From: Octopus bimaculoides
Lineage: Eukaryota
Assembly (NCBI RefSeq): GCF_001194135.2
Contig: NC_068992.1
Span: forward strand, 66,512,851 to 66,576,850
Length of the DNA stretch: 64,000 nucleotides
Direction: 5' to 3'
The notes beneath the pieces are model-generated. The model made no database searches. It was not told where the DNA came from and was given only the letters and a program-made list of their open reading frames with translations. Shown here in pieces: positions 25,566 to 37,111 of this stretch. The position numbers and the translations under genes were made by a program. The stretch's first letter is position 1. Each line of letters opens with the position of its first letter.

Positions 25566-28500
25566 CTTGCCAGTGTAATAAGTTGTCTGAGACTGATGTA
25601 ATGACATGGTGTATAGTTAAGTGAGCCCTCCACTTCGGTCACCAGCATGACTGCCCTCTCCACCGCCCTCCTCTCCTAACCACACCACTTTACTGTTGTG
25701 GCTTGTGTGCTATTTCCTATTTCTCCTCTTGCTGCACACTGACTATATAACAACCAGTGTTTTTTCATATCAAACTAGGTGACTGACAGGAAATTCCATT
25801 AACTTCTTCCTCTGCCTCCTCCTCCTCTGTTAGTGGGGCCAGGCCATATTGCTGCCTTTCATAACAACTGGCTTTCTTAAAGGCAGATCAGCAAATTAAA
25901 GTTAGAAACATTTGTTTTTGCTAATACTGTTTAGATAAATTCATATCTTGTTTGCATTCTTGTCTCACTACGTCTACTATACTTTGGTCATTTACCATAT
26001 ATTGGCAATTATTTTTAAAGAAACATGATAATGAAATAGTTCTGGGTTTATCTTGGCTTATCTTCACAAGCAGGAAAATAATCCTAATTACTTTTGCATT
26101 TTTAAAATCTATTTAAAAAAAAAAAAAATCCTATTAAAGCAGTCCTTGTTTTTTTTTGTGTGCATGTTTGATTAAAATCGTGAATTTATCCCTGTTGAGG
26201 TCAACTAGACGGATGGATGTCTTGTACCACCATTTCATGAGTGAAGTTAATCAATTAATAACGATTATGTTCTGTTTTAAACTTTTCCCTGTATCACACC
26301 AGTATCTGTTGATAGTGTGGCTAATTTTGGGGTCTACTCTCTTGTAAAACAAGAATCCTTCACATTCTAGAAATGTTGCTGCTGTATCCTGTCTGTAAAC
26401 AGCTGATTATATGTCTGACCCCAAAATCTTAAGATATCTGACATATTTGGTTCCTAATCAACCCCCTACTTTCTTAGTTATATCTTCAAGCACATTGCAA
26501 TGACAGGATTACTCAACAGCAATACTCGTATTATTTTTAAATTTCTCCTCACTTCTGCTGACTGTTTCGGTATTCAACCACCCACCCACCAGTAATGATA
26601 ATAATGAAGTCGATAATTTTAATTATTTCGTAAATTTAAGCACACATGATTTTCGTTTTTTGGTAGTAGTAATCTTGAATAGATGGTGGTGGTGCACAGA
26701 TCTTTAAAAAATTGTACTCCAAGAACTTATTTTTAGCCTGTTCTGGTTTATGGCTTTTTTCCATGCTAGTTTATTTATGTTTGGTCTGTTGATAGGAATC
26801 TCTGCGACTCAAATATCATGCAACATGGAACATTTCTTCTGTAAACCGACTACTGGAAGCCTATTTGTAATCATTAACTTAATTTTTTTTTGTTTTAATT
26901 TCTAAATATTGGTCAATTAAAATAAACAGGCCTCTATCTTGCTATCTGTGTGAAGTTATTTGATATGGAATTAAAAATGAGGAACTATTAAGGGAGCTGA
27001 TAGTTCTTGTTTTATATATTTTCTTGAAATGTATCCGGATTTTGTAGATTTTTTTTTCTTTAAAAAGCCTCTGCAGCCCTGAAGTAGGCCGACAGCCGTG
27101 TCAGTTGTTGTTGTGTGTAAGATAAGGTGATGGCCGTAAACCTGATATTTCATTATGTTGGGGGAGGTTAACCAGGGCCCACATTCACTGAATAAATATT
27201 TTCATCCCCTATGTTAGTTTAATATTGAAAATGGTTTTGGTGTGTCCTGGAGTTAGCCATGTTTTAAATCCCATTGGATTAGCTGTTGGTATTGTTTAGC
27301 CATGGGTCAGCTTCGACTGTGAATGCCTTTAGTTCAGATGCAGTCCAGCCATGCCTGTCCCTCTCTTTCCTGAAGCATATAGGACCATATCAGCCAATGT
27401 GGCCTTTTTGTTTTCATTAGAAGGTAAAATGTGACTTGAGGGTGAGTTGGCTGTTATTTCAAGCAGGTTGAATGACCATACAGTGGCTCCATTGTTAATT
27501 TGATAACATTAGCTGCATGCAATAGATTGTATTTGATGTGTTTATTTAAAAGTTAAACTAATTCAATAAATTCAGTTACTATGAGGGATGAAAATTTAAA
27601 CTTTTAGGCTCTGGAACTCTAATTGGTAGTATTTTATAAATTAGTGATGCAGGCCATTATTACTTACCTTGTATTGAAGAAGTTTCATTAATGTTTACCA
27701 AGGATAATTCTCATCTGTCAGTATTTAATGTTTTGTAATAGGGCTGTGATAAAAGATTGATCAAACTGTTGTCCTTTCAATAAAATTGATTGATTGAGCT
27801 TAGTAGTTTGATCAATAAATCAGTCATCTCTGATTGAAGTAAATAATTTAGTTGGATGCTGTGATCAATGGGAAATAATCAAACCTCATATATAATAAAA
27901 TAGGTTTTGTGTCACTGTAACCATTGTTAGCAACCTATGATGCTTTTTGTTAGCAACTTATAATGCTTTTCAAAACTTTCATTCAGTGTTTCAGATTCTA
28001 ATTGTTCTAGAAATTGGCAAAGTGGCTGTCAATAATATTTTGTAACCTTTAGCTGTGTATCTTTTGTTTTCAGAGTCTGAATATTGTAGAGGTTAACATT
28101 TCCATTTAATCTTCTGCAGTTGTAAAATAAGTACCTGTCGCATAAAAGTTTAACAAATATATATATATGCTGTACACAAAACATGTTTCTACGTATAGAG
28201 AGCTCTTACATACTTTTTATTATACTTGGCAACACATAAAGCATATTTATATAGACAGAGGTCTCACTTATATATTGAACACATGAGCCAGCTCCCTCCA
28301 ATCCACCAGGAGTAAAGGAAAGTAAAATAATTGCACATTGAGAACATGTGAATAAAGATTTGTTGAAGGCAAGGATTATTTTATTTATCCTGTTGAGCTT
28401 GTTTAGATGGCCAACGAGCTTTAATGATGTTACCTAAATAAGTATGATGTTGGTTTGGTGTGAAGTATTGGATTCTCCTATAAAAAGAATTGCTGTTATG

Positions 28501-31077
28501 GATAAATATTTTTTTCTGATTGGCAGGTTTACTTTATAAAGATAAGTAGGAAACGGTTGATACAGTCGGAGTTGAGTCTATTTAGATTTGGAGATATTGT
28601 TTTCAGTCATGTTTATTTGTTTGTCTGTGGACAAGATATCTCAAGAACTGCTGGATGGATTCAGATGAAACTTTCAAGGTTGTTTGGCCTTGTGACTGGC
28701 ATGAACTGATTAGATTTGAGGATTGATTTGGTACTGGACAAGGATTCTGGATTATTTTTCTGTTTTTTTTACTTAATTTTTTAGAGCAGTTGGGTTCATT
28801 TTTAGTTTTCTTGTTTGTGAGAGCAGTTGAGTTTATTTCAGATATTCTCATTTTGGTTTTGATCCTGTTATATGTTGCTGTTTCACTGCACTCAATGCTA
28901 TTGCCTTTGAGTAAAGCATAAACAACTACCCCCCTCCAAACAATACAGGGTATTTTTACATGTATATAAGAAAATTGTTTAAATTTTGAGCTATTCTTCT
29001 GTACAAGACAATGCCAAATCATATGAAAAGTAATAATGTTGAGTTTTTAATTTGTCCTATTGAGTAATTTACTGAAGTTAGTCACAGATCTTGAGATATT
29101 GAAAATCTCTTAATTATTCATTGTTAGTTTTATTCCAAATGATTGATAATTATCATCATTATATTAACATGGACCAGTTGGAATTTGTTGAGACATAAGG
29201 TTGGATGACCTTCCCGTCTCCAACCTTTACCTGTTTCCAAGCAAGGTAATATCCCTCCACCCCCTCTAGATTTTCATAGGACATTGGCAATAAATGACAC
29301 TGCTTGCACGACAGTGACACTCACTCACAGCTATGACATGTGATGTCTTGTATTCACTGGCAACGGTAGTTATATTAATATTGAAAAAATTGTTATTTCT
29401 GAGATTTGTTGCCTGTGAGTTTTTGATTTGATGGAATGTCTAAAGTTTGAGCTTGCTGGATCATGGAATTGGAACATGAATAAAAATAAGGCTAAATAAC
29501 ATTTCATTGCGGCAATGGCTCCACTGTTGATTTTCTTATCTTCTTTCAATGGTCTGTCTATTCAGTTTCCTAGCTTAATGATGAGACCAACTAAAAAGTG
29601 GTTTGGAATTCTTGAGATAACTATCAATTAAACAAATACAAATAGGCATTTAGTTTTTGAAGTTACTAGTAGAAGCTGAAGATAAAAACGGACAGTGTTT
29701 ACCCTATGTGTGCTTCTGAAATGGTTCTTTTAGAAACTGAATTAGAATTCCAGTAATTTGTGACTTACTAGCCAGAAGGGCTTATTGTAAATAGTAAATA
29801 TTTTTTTGAAAAACAAGAGCCATTTGATAAGTTTGGTACATACTTATTGAGATGGATAACATGTCATAGAAGTAGGAGTTTTATTCTCATTAAAGTTTGA
29901 TTGAAAAAAAAATGTAAATTTCAAGTCAGTCTGTGCCTATTCAGTTTCTATCCTCCCCAACTTGGTTGGACAAAGCTGAAATAGACAAGTCCTTGTCTGT
30001 CTCTTGTAATGTCCAATGACAAGTGATAGTTATGAGGAATGTAAGGAGGAATGTTAGTGTTCATTCAGTAATATTTTTACTTAACAGCAACAATCACAGA
30101 GCATTCTTGAAATGATTAAAGTCATTGTTTTGAAAGTATGTCATGAATGCTTTCCTGTTCAGTTTTTCACTAGGACAGTGGAACAAACAGTGGTGCTTTC
30201 TTCAACCTGTTTTGTCAAAGTTTTAACATAGACTGTTCAACTGAAATTCTTAAACTCGTGTGCAATTATTTTTTACTATTAATTGGCTTTTGTGTAGAGT
30301 TTGTAGCCATGTAATAAAGATTTATGAAAGTTAGAATAAAATATTATAAACATCACAAACAAAAGCAGCAACCTATTAAAGAACATTGTATTATAAATAT
30401 TGTTAATTGGTTCTTGGCTGTTGGTAATTCATTTAAAATGAATTCCTCTCTATTTGTTACTTCATGTAAGTGGGTGTCAGAAGGTTTTCATACATGAAGT
30501 AATATTATTATTATCATTAAACATGGCTGAAGTAGAATACAAGATGATGGGGTGGCAGTGACTAAAAGTGGATGACTAATAATGCTTTCTCATTTTCCTA
30601 GCAAGGCACTTAACTTTTGTAAATAGGTAGCATAAAGTCTTAATATTAGTTCCTTGCTCTAATCTGTAGGGATGTTGTATAATTGGTCAATGCTGAGCTG
30701 AAATCCAACCATGGGCCACTTGAAAATGAGATGAAAACTGCAGATAAGATTATCATCATCTCAGATATAGCTGAGTGACTAAAATATTGGGTTATTTGCT
30801 TTTAGTTTGAAAGTTCAAATCCACTGAGGATGTTATTTTCTTCTGAGGACAGTTCTGCATTTGGTGGTTCACCTAGATGTTGGGAATAGGGACCAAGGCA
30901 TCTGTGAGCAGGCACACTTGATAAATTGATGTCATACCCATGGTATTGTATATCTTATTCTACCATGGGCCATGTGGGACTTTATGATACACTTAGCTTA
31001 TCGTCCAACACCGGAAGGCAAGAGCTGCAAGTAATTCTGCTTGGCATTTCATCTGATGCTCTAATAACTCCTCTAAC

Positions 31078-31119
<42 letters not shown>

Positions 31120-31666
31120 ACTCAGCCATTAATTCATTAATGTAATAATGGTTTCTAAGTTTGGCAGAAAGCCACACATTTGTGGAGGAGGAGGAAGAGG
31201 AAAATAATCAATTAGAACCAACTGAAATAAGTAATCAGTTGACTCAACCCTTCTAAATCATTTATTGGCAGAAGAGAAACTGGAATTTACTAGAATATCA
31301 CTGAGCCAGTGGACAATGTTTTGAAATTCATTGTTGTTGTTGCTTTAGAAAGTGATGGGCAGTTTGTGGGAGCAAGCAGTGCATATCTATGGTTTGTGGT
31401 TGAGGAACTTTCAGGTCTGATGTATTTTCCTTTGGAGAGTCTTCACCGTTATAAATAATAAATGGTCTCTAAGAAAGGTAAATCTGATGTTGTAAAGTCT
31501 AGCATTTGTGTAAGTGAAGAAGATTTCAGCTGGGTGATACTTCTAAGCAGCTGTGGGCTGTGTTTTCTTGATATGTTTTTAGATGCTGGTTACGTGCTAG
31601 TCTTCTGCATAGGAATGTTTGGTTAGTTACAACAGTGACTGGATTGTTAAGCCAGAAAAGGAACAA

Positions 31667-31733
<67 letters not shown>
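31667..31733. repeat. Compound (GT)n(GA)n microsatellite
   Basis: Direct reading; a similar compound tract at ~33682-33748 and (GT)n at ~25530-25565. Confidence 0.95.
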
Positions 31734-31735
<2 letters not shown>

Positions 31736-32242
31736 TATGAAATACGCCGAAGTTGGCAGAAGAATGAGGGTCAGAGAAACCCTTCATTGATGCACATTAT
31801 TGAAATATGTGGTGTAGGGGGTGGGGGAAAAGGTGAAGTTGATAAGCAGGAAGCTTTCTGTTGAAAATTTCTTCTTCCTTTAGATCAGTCGTCTCACATA
31901 AAGAGTCTTGTCTTGTAAACCAGTGGTTGTTGGGTTTTTACTGAAATATATCAACTACATTAACATCAATATTTATCAGCTTCCAAAAATGGCTATTGCA
32001 AGTGTAGGAACCAATAAAACTCTGGTATTGTACACTAGTTTTTCTTTATAATTTTTATTTTCTGTACTCAACATATTTCAGGTGATAAAAAAAAAAAAAA
32101 ATTGAAAAAATTTGTTTTGGTTCATAATTTAAAAACCCAGAAAAATTATTTTCCTTCCAAGTTAGTTTACTTTACAGTTCTATATTTAAGAGATGAGGAA
32201 TTATGAGCATTATGGATGTTTGTCTTCATCTTGTTTGTTGTT

Positions 32243-32288
32243 AACACAACGTTTCGGCTGATATACTCTCCAGCCTTCTTCAGGTGTC
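32243..32288 (-). ncRNA. Minimal type I hammerhead ribozyme motif, Penelope-like-element class
   Basis: Minus strand reads GACAC CUGAAGA A GGCUGG agaguaua UCAGCC GAA ACGU U GUGUU: 5-bp helix I (GACAC/GUGUU), core CUGANGA, 6-bp helix II, GAAA and a palindromic ACGU in place of helix III. Activity is untested. Confidence 0.7.
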
Positions 32289-32548
32289 TTGGGGGAAATT
32301 TCGAACCTGGGTTCACATTTCTAAGGTATTTTTTGATATTATTGTTATTGTTTAGGTCACTGCTTGGTATCGAACTCGGAATCTTGGGGTTAGTAGCCTA
32401 CACTCTTAACCCCAAGATTCCGAGTTTGATTCCAAGCAGTGACCTGAATAATAATAATAACAACAATAATAATAATAATGATAATAATAATAATGATAAT
32501 ATCGAAAAATACCTTAGGAATGAGAACCCAGGTTCGAAATTTCCCCAA

Positions 32549-32594
32549 GACATCTGATGAAGGTGGGAGGGTATATCAGCGAAAATGTTGTGTT
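32549..32594 (+). ncRNA. Degenerate hammerhead motif copy
   Basis: GACAT CTGATGA A GGTGGG agggtata TCAGC GAAAATGTT GTGTT: core CUGAUGA retained, helix II mismatched and the ACGU palindrome lost. Confidence 0.55.
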
Positions 32595-33684
32595 AACAAC
32601 AAACAAGATGAGGACAAATATCTGTCGAATGTAAATAATGTTAGTTTACTTTGTGTTGTGAACATTTTTTTTGTTGACATTCCTGTCTTTAGTGATTTTT
32701 AAACTATTTGAGGAAAACAAAAACAAGTTATCACTTTGGCATTACATCAACCAGAAATACAACTGTTTAACTTGAGAGCTTCTATTGATAAGTTACCCCC
32801 TGAATTGAAAGCACGAGCTATAAATTATAACTTGTTATGGTATATTGGGTTTCATGTTCATTGAATTTTGTTTTACATGGCAAACAGTGAGAAAATATAA
32901 TAAGGACATATTTCATATAGGAATAACTTGGAATAAATTTGGTAAATATTTTGAAGGCCTGAAAGCAACGTTATCATTTGTAGAACTGCCATGAACCACA
33001 TTGGGATGTTACCAGGATTGTCCTCCTGCTTTAGGAAAGCATCTTCATCGGTCCATTGCTAATGAGATTGGACTTGAAATATATTCAAGGCATTGCTGTG
33101 TAATTCCAGCAATCAAAATATTCATCCTTGTATTGATCTTAGAATAAGAAAGTAAGATCAAACTTTTGTACAAATACGTGACATCAGCATTCTAATGATA
33201 GAATATCAAATTTGGTTCTTTTTAAAATTATTGTAATTATTATGGTAATTGGTATGTGTAGCGCTAGTGTTGTCAGACATTACTATTGAAATGACTGAGT
33301 TGTTTGAAGAATTCCTGGGTCTGTGGTTTATTAATAATTGATTAAAGTTGGAATTCATTATTTACATTTCCATATGAAACAAATGAGTACATCTATTTTT
33401 CTTTTTTTTTACATCTCATTAAAGAAATTGTTAGTTGGTTGTCACCAAAATCTTTAGTTTGGTCATATTGGAGCAGTGGTGTCTATTTTAAGCTTTCATG
33501 CTATTTTTTAAGAGATTTTATATTTTTTTGTAATTCTTGATATGGATTAGCAAATATTGATCCATCATAATTGGCTAACTGAGTAACTACTGAATGATTA
33601 TGTATTGATTGGGTTGGGCTTTCAGTGGCAAACTTGGTTTTTGTTTCTCTATTTGAATATTAACTGTAACAAATATATACTTGT

Positions 33685-33739
<55 letters not shown>

Positions 33740-34872
33740 AGGGAGAGGGAAGAATTTGAAAAAATAACACCTGAAGATGGTAGGATACTATACTGATTCA
33801 GAGTTTGTGAAGATAAAAACAAGATTTAATCTAAGCAATGCTATATATGTTTGTTTGTTTTTTTTTGTTCTTTTTTTACATCCTATACACAATTCCTTTG
33901 GCACGTTCTGTTAAATGAAGGCCAAGTTTAACTCACATACACACACATCTGGTAATCACGTTACTAGTTTCTTCCTCTTTTCTCAACTTCTGTTTTGTCA
34001 TTATTATCAGATTGAAGTCTTGTAAGAAACTTGAAACTTGTTCTCATTTTAGTGAGAACAATGTTTTATTCACCTCTGACTGTAAACAACTACACAAATG
34101 GAGAACAACGACTATATATGTTCCCTGTCCCCACCCACCCTGCACCCAAGAAGGCTTTGTTGCAAAGTGTTCTGTTACAGATGTTCTACAAGCGCTATTA
34201 AACCTTGACTAATATAATGCCTCTCAAAGTTACAATTCCCTAGATCATTAGTGATGCTGAACTTAGTTTATAGCCCTTGATGTTATGGGATCAGATTCAG
34301 CCAAAGTGGACTTAGTTTTTCATCCTTCTGGGGTTGATATCTGGCTCTTCTCCCACCCTAGAATTTCTGGCTGAAAGCTTCATGCCTGGTTTTAACATTT
34401 CATTAATAAATACTGGAAACCCTTGAATTAACCAATAATTCTTTTTTATTATTTTGGTTTGAGGAAGTGTTTGTCACTATAAGCCCTCCAAGAGCTGGAT
34501 GAAGGACTCTATGCCCCATGCTCTCCAGGGGCTCTCTGAGACTGCTGAGATGGACATAGTTGATGTTACTCTTGAACAGTTGCAGGAAAGCTGCTTGCAG
34601 AAATCGAAACACTGAGAGCTAATATTCCGGGGGAGAAAGGACTGTGTGGAGCAGTTAGTGCAGGACCTTGGGTGGGGCACTGGAGGACACAATATGGGGG
34701 AAGAGGAAATACAAATGAACTGAGAGTGTCGAAGTAGATGTGGTAGGAGACCGGTTAACTACAGGGAGTAGAGGCCATTGTAGTAGTGGTAGAGAGAATA
34801 GAGAGTAGGCAGCAGGTTTGTGATTGACTGTATGCCAATCAGCTGAGTAGCCATTTTCTGTATGTGGCCTAA

Positions 34873-34903
<31 letters not shown>

Positions 34904-35582
34904 GCCGTAGCAGCACTGTCTCAGGTGTGACACCACTATTGTAAGTCTCACCTGCTATTTATGTGATTGTCTCACTACTTGGATACATTCCAAAACACTT
35001 TTTAAAATTCTATTTCCACCACATTTTATATTGGTTTCAGTTTTGTTGATGTTAGTTCTTCTAATTGCATTTCTCTTACCTTCTAACATTGACAATGGTA
35101 AAGGTTATCCCCCAGTATTTAATAGTAATATTATCCAATAACTGTTGTTAGTTTGTGATAAACACCAGATGGGGGTTTGATAGTTTTCTTCACATGCTTT
35201 CTATGGTTATTATTGCTTCTGTACCAAATTGACTCAGTGCAGCAAGTCTGTTCCATTTATCTTTATTCAACAACAGCCTCTTCCATTTCCTTGTTGTCAC
35301 TCTCCTCACCAATGTCTGTCTGTCTGTCTGTCTTGTCTTAAGTTCCTTCACCAATAAATTTGATATCTTTAACAGTTCTTACTTTAGACTTCAAATATTC
35401 TTTCATTTGTTCTTTTATCTTTCCCTCTGGTGTTGATGATAGTAATTCTCAACCTAGCGGGTCACAAGTGGAACCAGCTATCAACTGTGTAGAAATGGTA
35501 ACTGCTAGAAATAGCAGCCAGATTTCTCTTAAAATCACACCTGACTGTCTTAAAAAAGATGGTAAAAATCACATTGACTAAT

Positions 35583-35954
35583 CATCATTGTTTAACATCC
35601 GTTTTCCATGCTGGCATGGGTTGGATGGTCTGGTTGAGGCCTAGAGAGCCAGTAGCTACACCAGGCACCAATCTGATCTGGCAATGTTTCTACAGCTGGA
35701 TGCCCTTCTTAACGTGGGTGTTTTTCACCTGCCACCGGCACAGGAGCCAGCCAGGTGGGTCTGGCATTGATCATGTTTGGGTAGTGCTTTTTACCTGCCA
35801 CTGGCACGGGGGCCAGCCAGGTGGGTCTGGCATTGATCGCGTTTGGATAGTGCTTTTTACATGCCACCAGTATGGGAGCCAGTCAGGGGGTACAGGCATT
35901 GGCCATGTTCGGATGGTGCTTTTTATGTGGCACAGGAGCCAGTCAGGCAGACCA
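35583..35954 (-). mobile_element. 5'-truncated SINE (family B) with 66-bp tandem units, flanked by 57-bp direct repeats
   Basis: Starts with the reverse-complement tail catcattgtttaacatccgttttccatgctggcatggg. Units start at 35718, 35784, 35850 and 35916. Direct repeats at 35526-35582 and 35955-36011. Confidence 0.85.
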
Positions 35955-36904
35955 CTCTTAAAATCACACCGGACTGTCTTAAAAAAGATGGTAGAAATTA
36001 CATTGGCTAATGCAGTATTAAAAAATGGGATGATCACGGCAGGATCCTTTATAGATCTGCTCAATCAGGGATCCTTGATAGATCTGCCTTTTCCTTCGGA
36101 TGGATATGCAAAAGCAAAAAGGAGAAAAAGGAGGTGCTATAGCATTATTAAGGTTTTGGGTAATTATATTATTAGCACTTTGTTCCTAATAAGATTTACC
36201 TTATCTGTTACAGAAATAGTCCCATGAATGTCTGGGGTTGATGAAAAAATTTATAATCCTGCCTACTATAGAGGTACAAGGCCTGAAATTTTGGGAGAAG
36301 GGGTAGGTCGATTACATCAACCTAGTACTCAACTGGTACTTATTTTACCAAATTATTATTATTAATAATAATAATAATAATAACAATGACTCTGAGTAAG
36401 CAGTTTGGTCAACTGTTTGGCTTATCTTTAGAATTGTCTCAATAGTTCTTCAGACTACTTTCACTCTGTAAAGTTATTGAACATGTAGCTGTCTGATTGA
36501 TCTCTTAATTGTTGTTTATTATTGTCTTAATGGCTTGTCCAGGTTGCCAACATTCATTAACATTTGAACAATTTCAATCATTTCTTAGAATGTTTTCTGA
36601 CCAAAACTGAAAAAGAAATGAAATATGAGTATTTTTGAGAGAGAGGGAGATGAAATACTTCTGTTGTCCAGTATTTTTCCTTCCCAATTAAACAATTATT
36701 TTAACCAGCAAAATTCAATTATGTTTCACCATAATTATTGATTTGTAATTGTTTTTAACTTCAGAAGTTATCTCTTAAAAACTCAGTGAATATTGATTTA
36801 ATTAATACTAACATGTTATCATAGAACTGAAATCAATATTGTGTAATATTGCATTTTGAAACTTATATATTCTTTTTTTAAAATTTTTTTTCTTTAATTT
36901 TCAG

Positions 36905-37111
36905 GCCATTTTGCGGGCCAGTGATGCTTCCATGGGCCGTTCTCTGAGCCCTTCTCCTCCTGAACAGCGGATGCCCCGCCCAGTGTCATATATTCGACCA
37001 CTTGGAAAACAAATTATACCGCCAGAATCTATTTCCTGTAATAAAACACTGGGAGAAGGGGAATTTGGGATTGTTCAGCAGGGAATATGGACCACAGAGA
37101 ACAATGACAAG
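36905..37111 (+). CDS. Ack-like: Ack-like kinase exon: linker and Gly-rich loop (AILRASD...TLGEGEFGIVQQGIWTTENNDK)
   Basis: Polypyrimidine tttcag acceptor, AAG|GTAAGA donor, 207 nt, phase 0/0, GxGxFG motif. Confidence 0.95.

Larger units (their letters stand above)
32208..32640. mobile_element. Fold-back pair of tRNA-headed units with Penelope-like (hammerhead-bearing) tails
   Basis: Arm 32208-32392 is the near reverse complement of arm 32407-32640, with a 14-nt loop gtagcctacactct. Each unit is a tRNA-like head with B box, then (AAT)n, then a tail containing CTGA(A/T)GA...GAAA. Confidence 0.85.

Noticed and set aside
32355-32444. Possible tRNA gene
   Set aside because: Only part of the D arm, anticodon arm and T arm is present, with no A box or acceptor stem; it runs into (AAT)n and a TE tail, so it is a SINE-type head.
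35559-36227. Longest ORF in the track (222 aa)
   Set aside because: It is read through a minus-strand SINE whose 66-bp units preserve frame; no splice or domain support.
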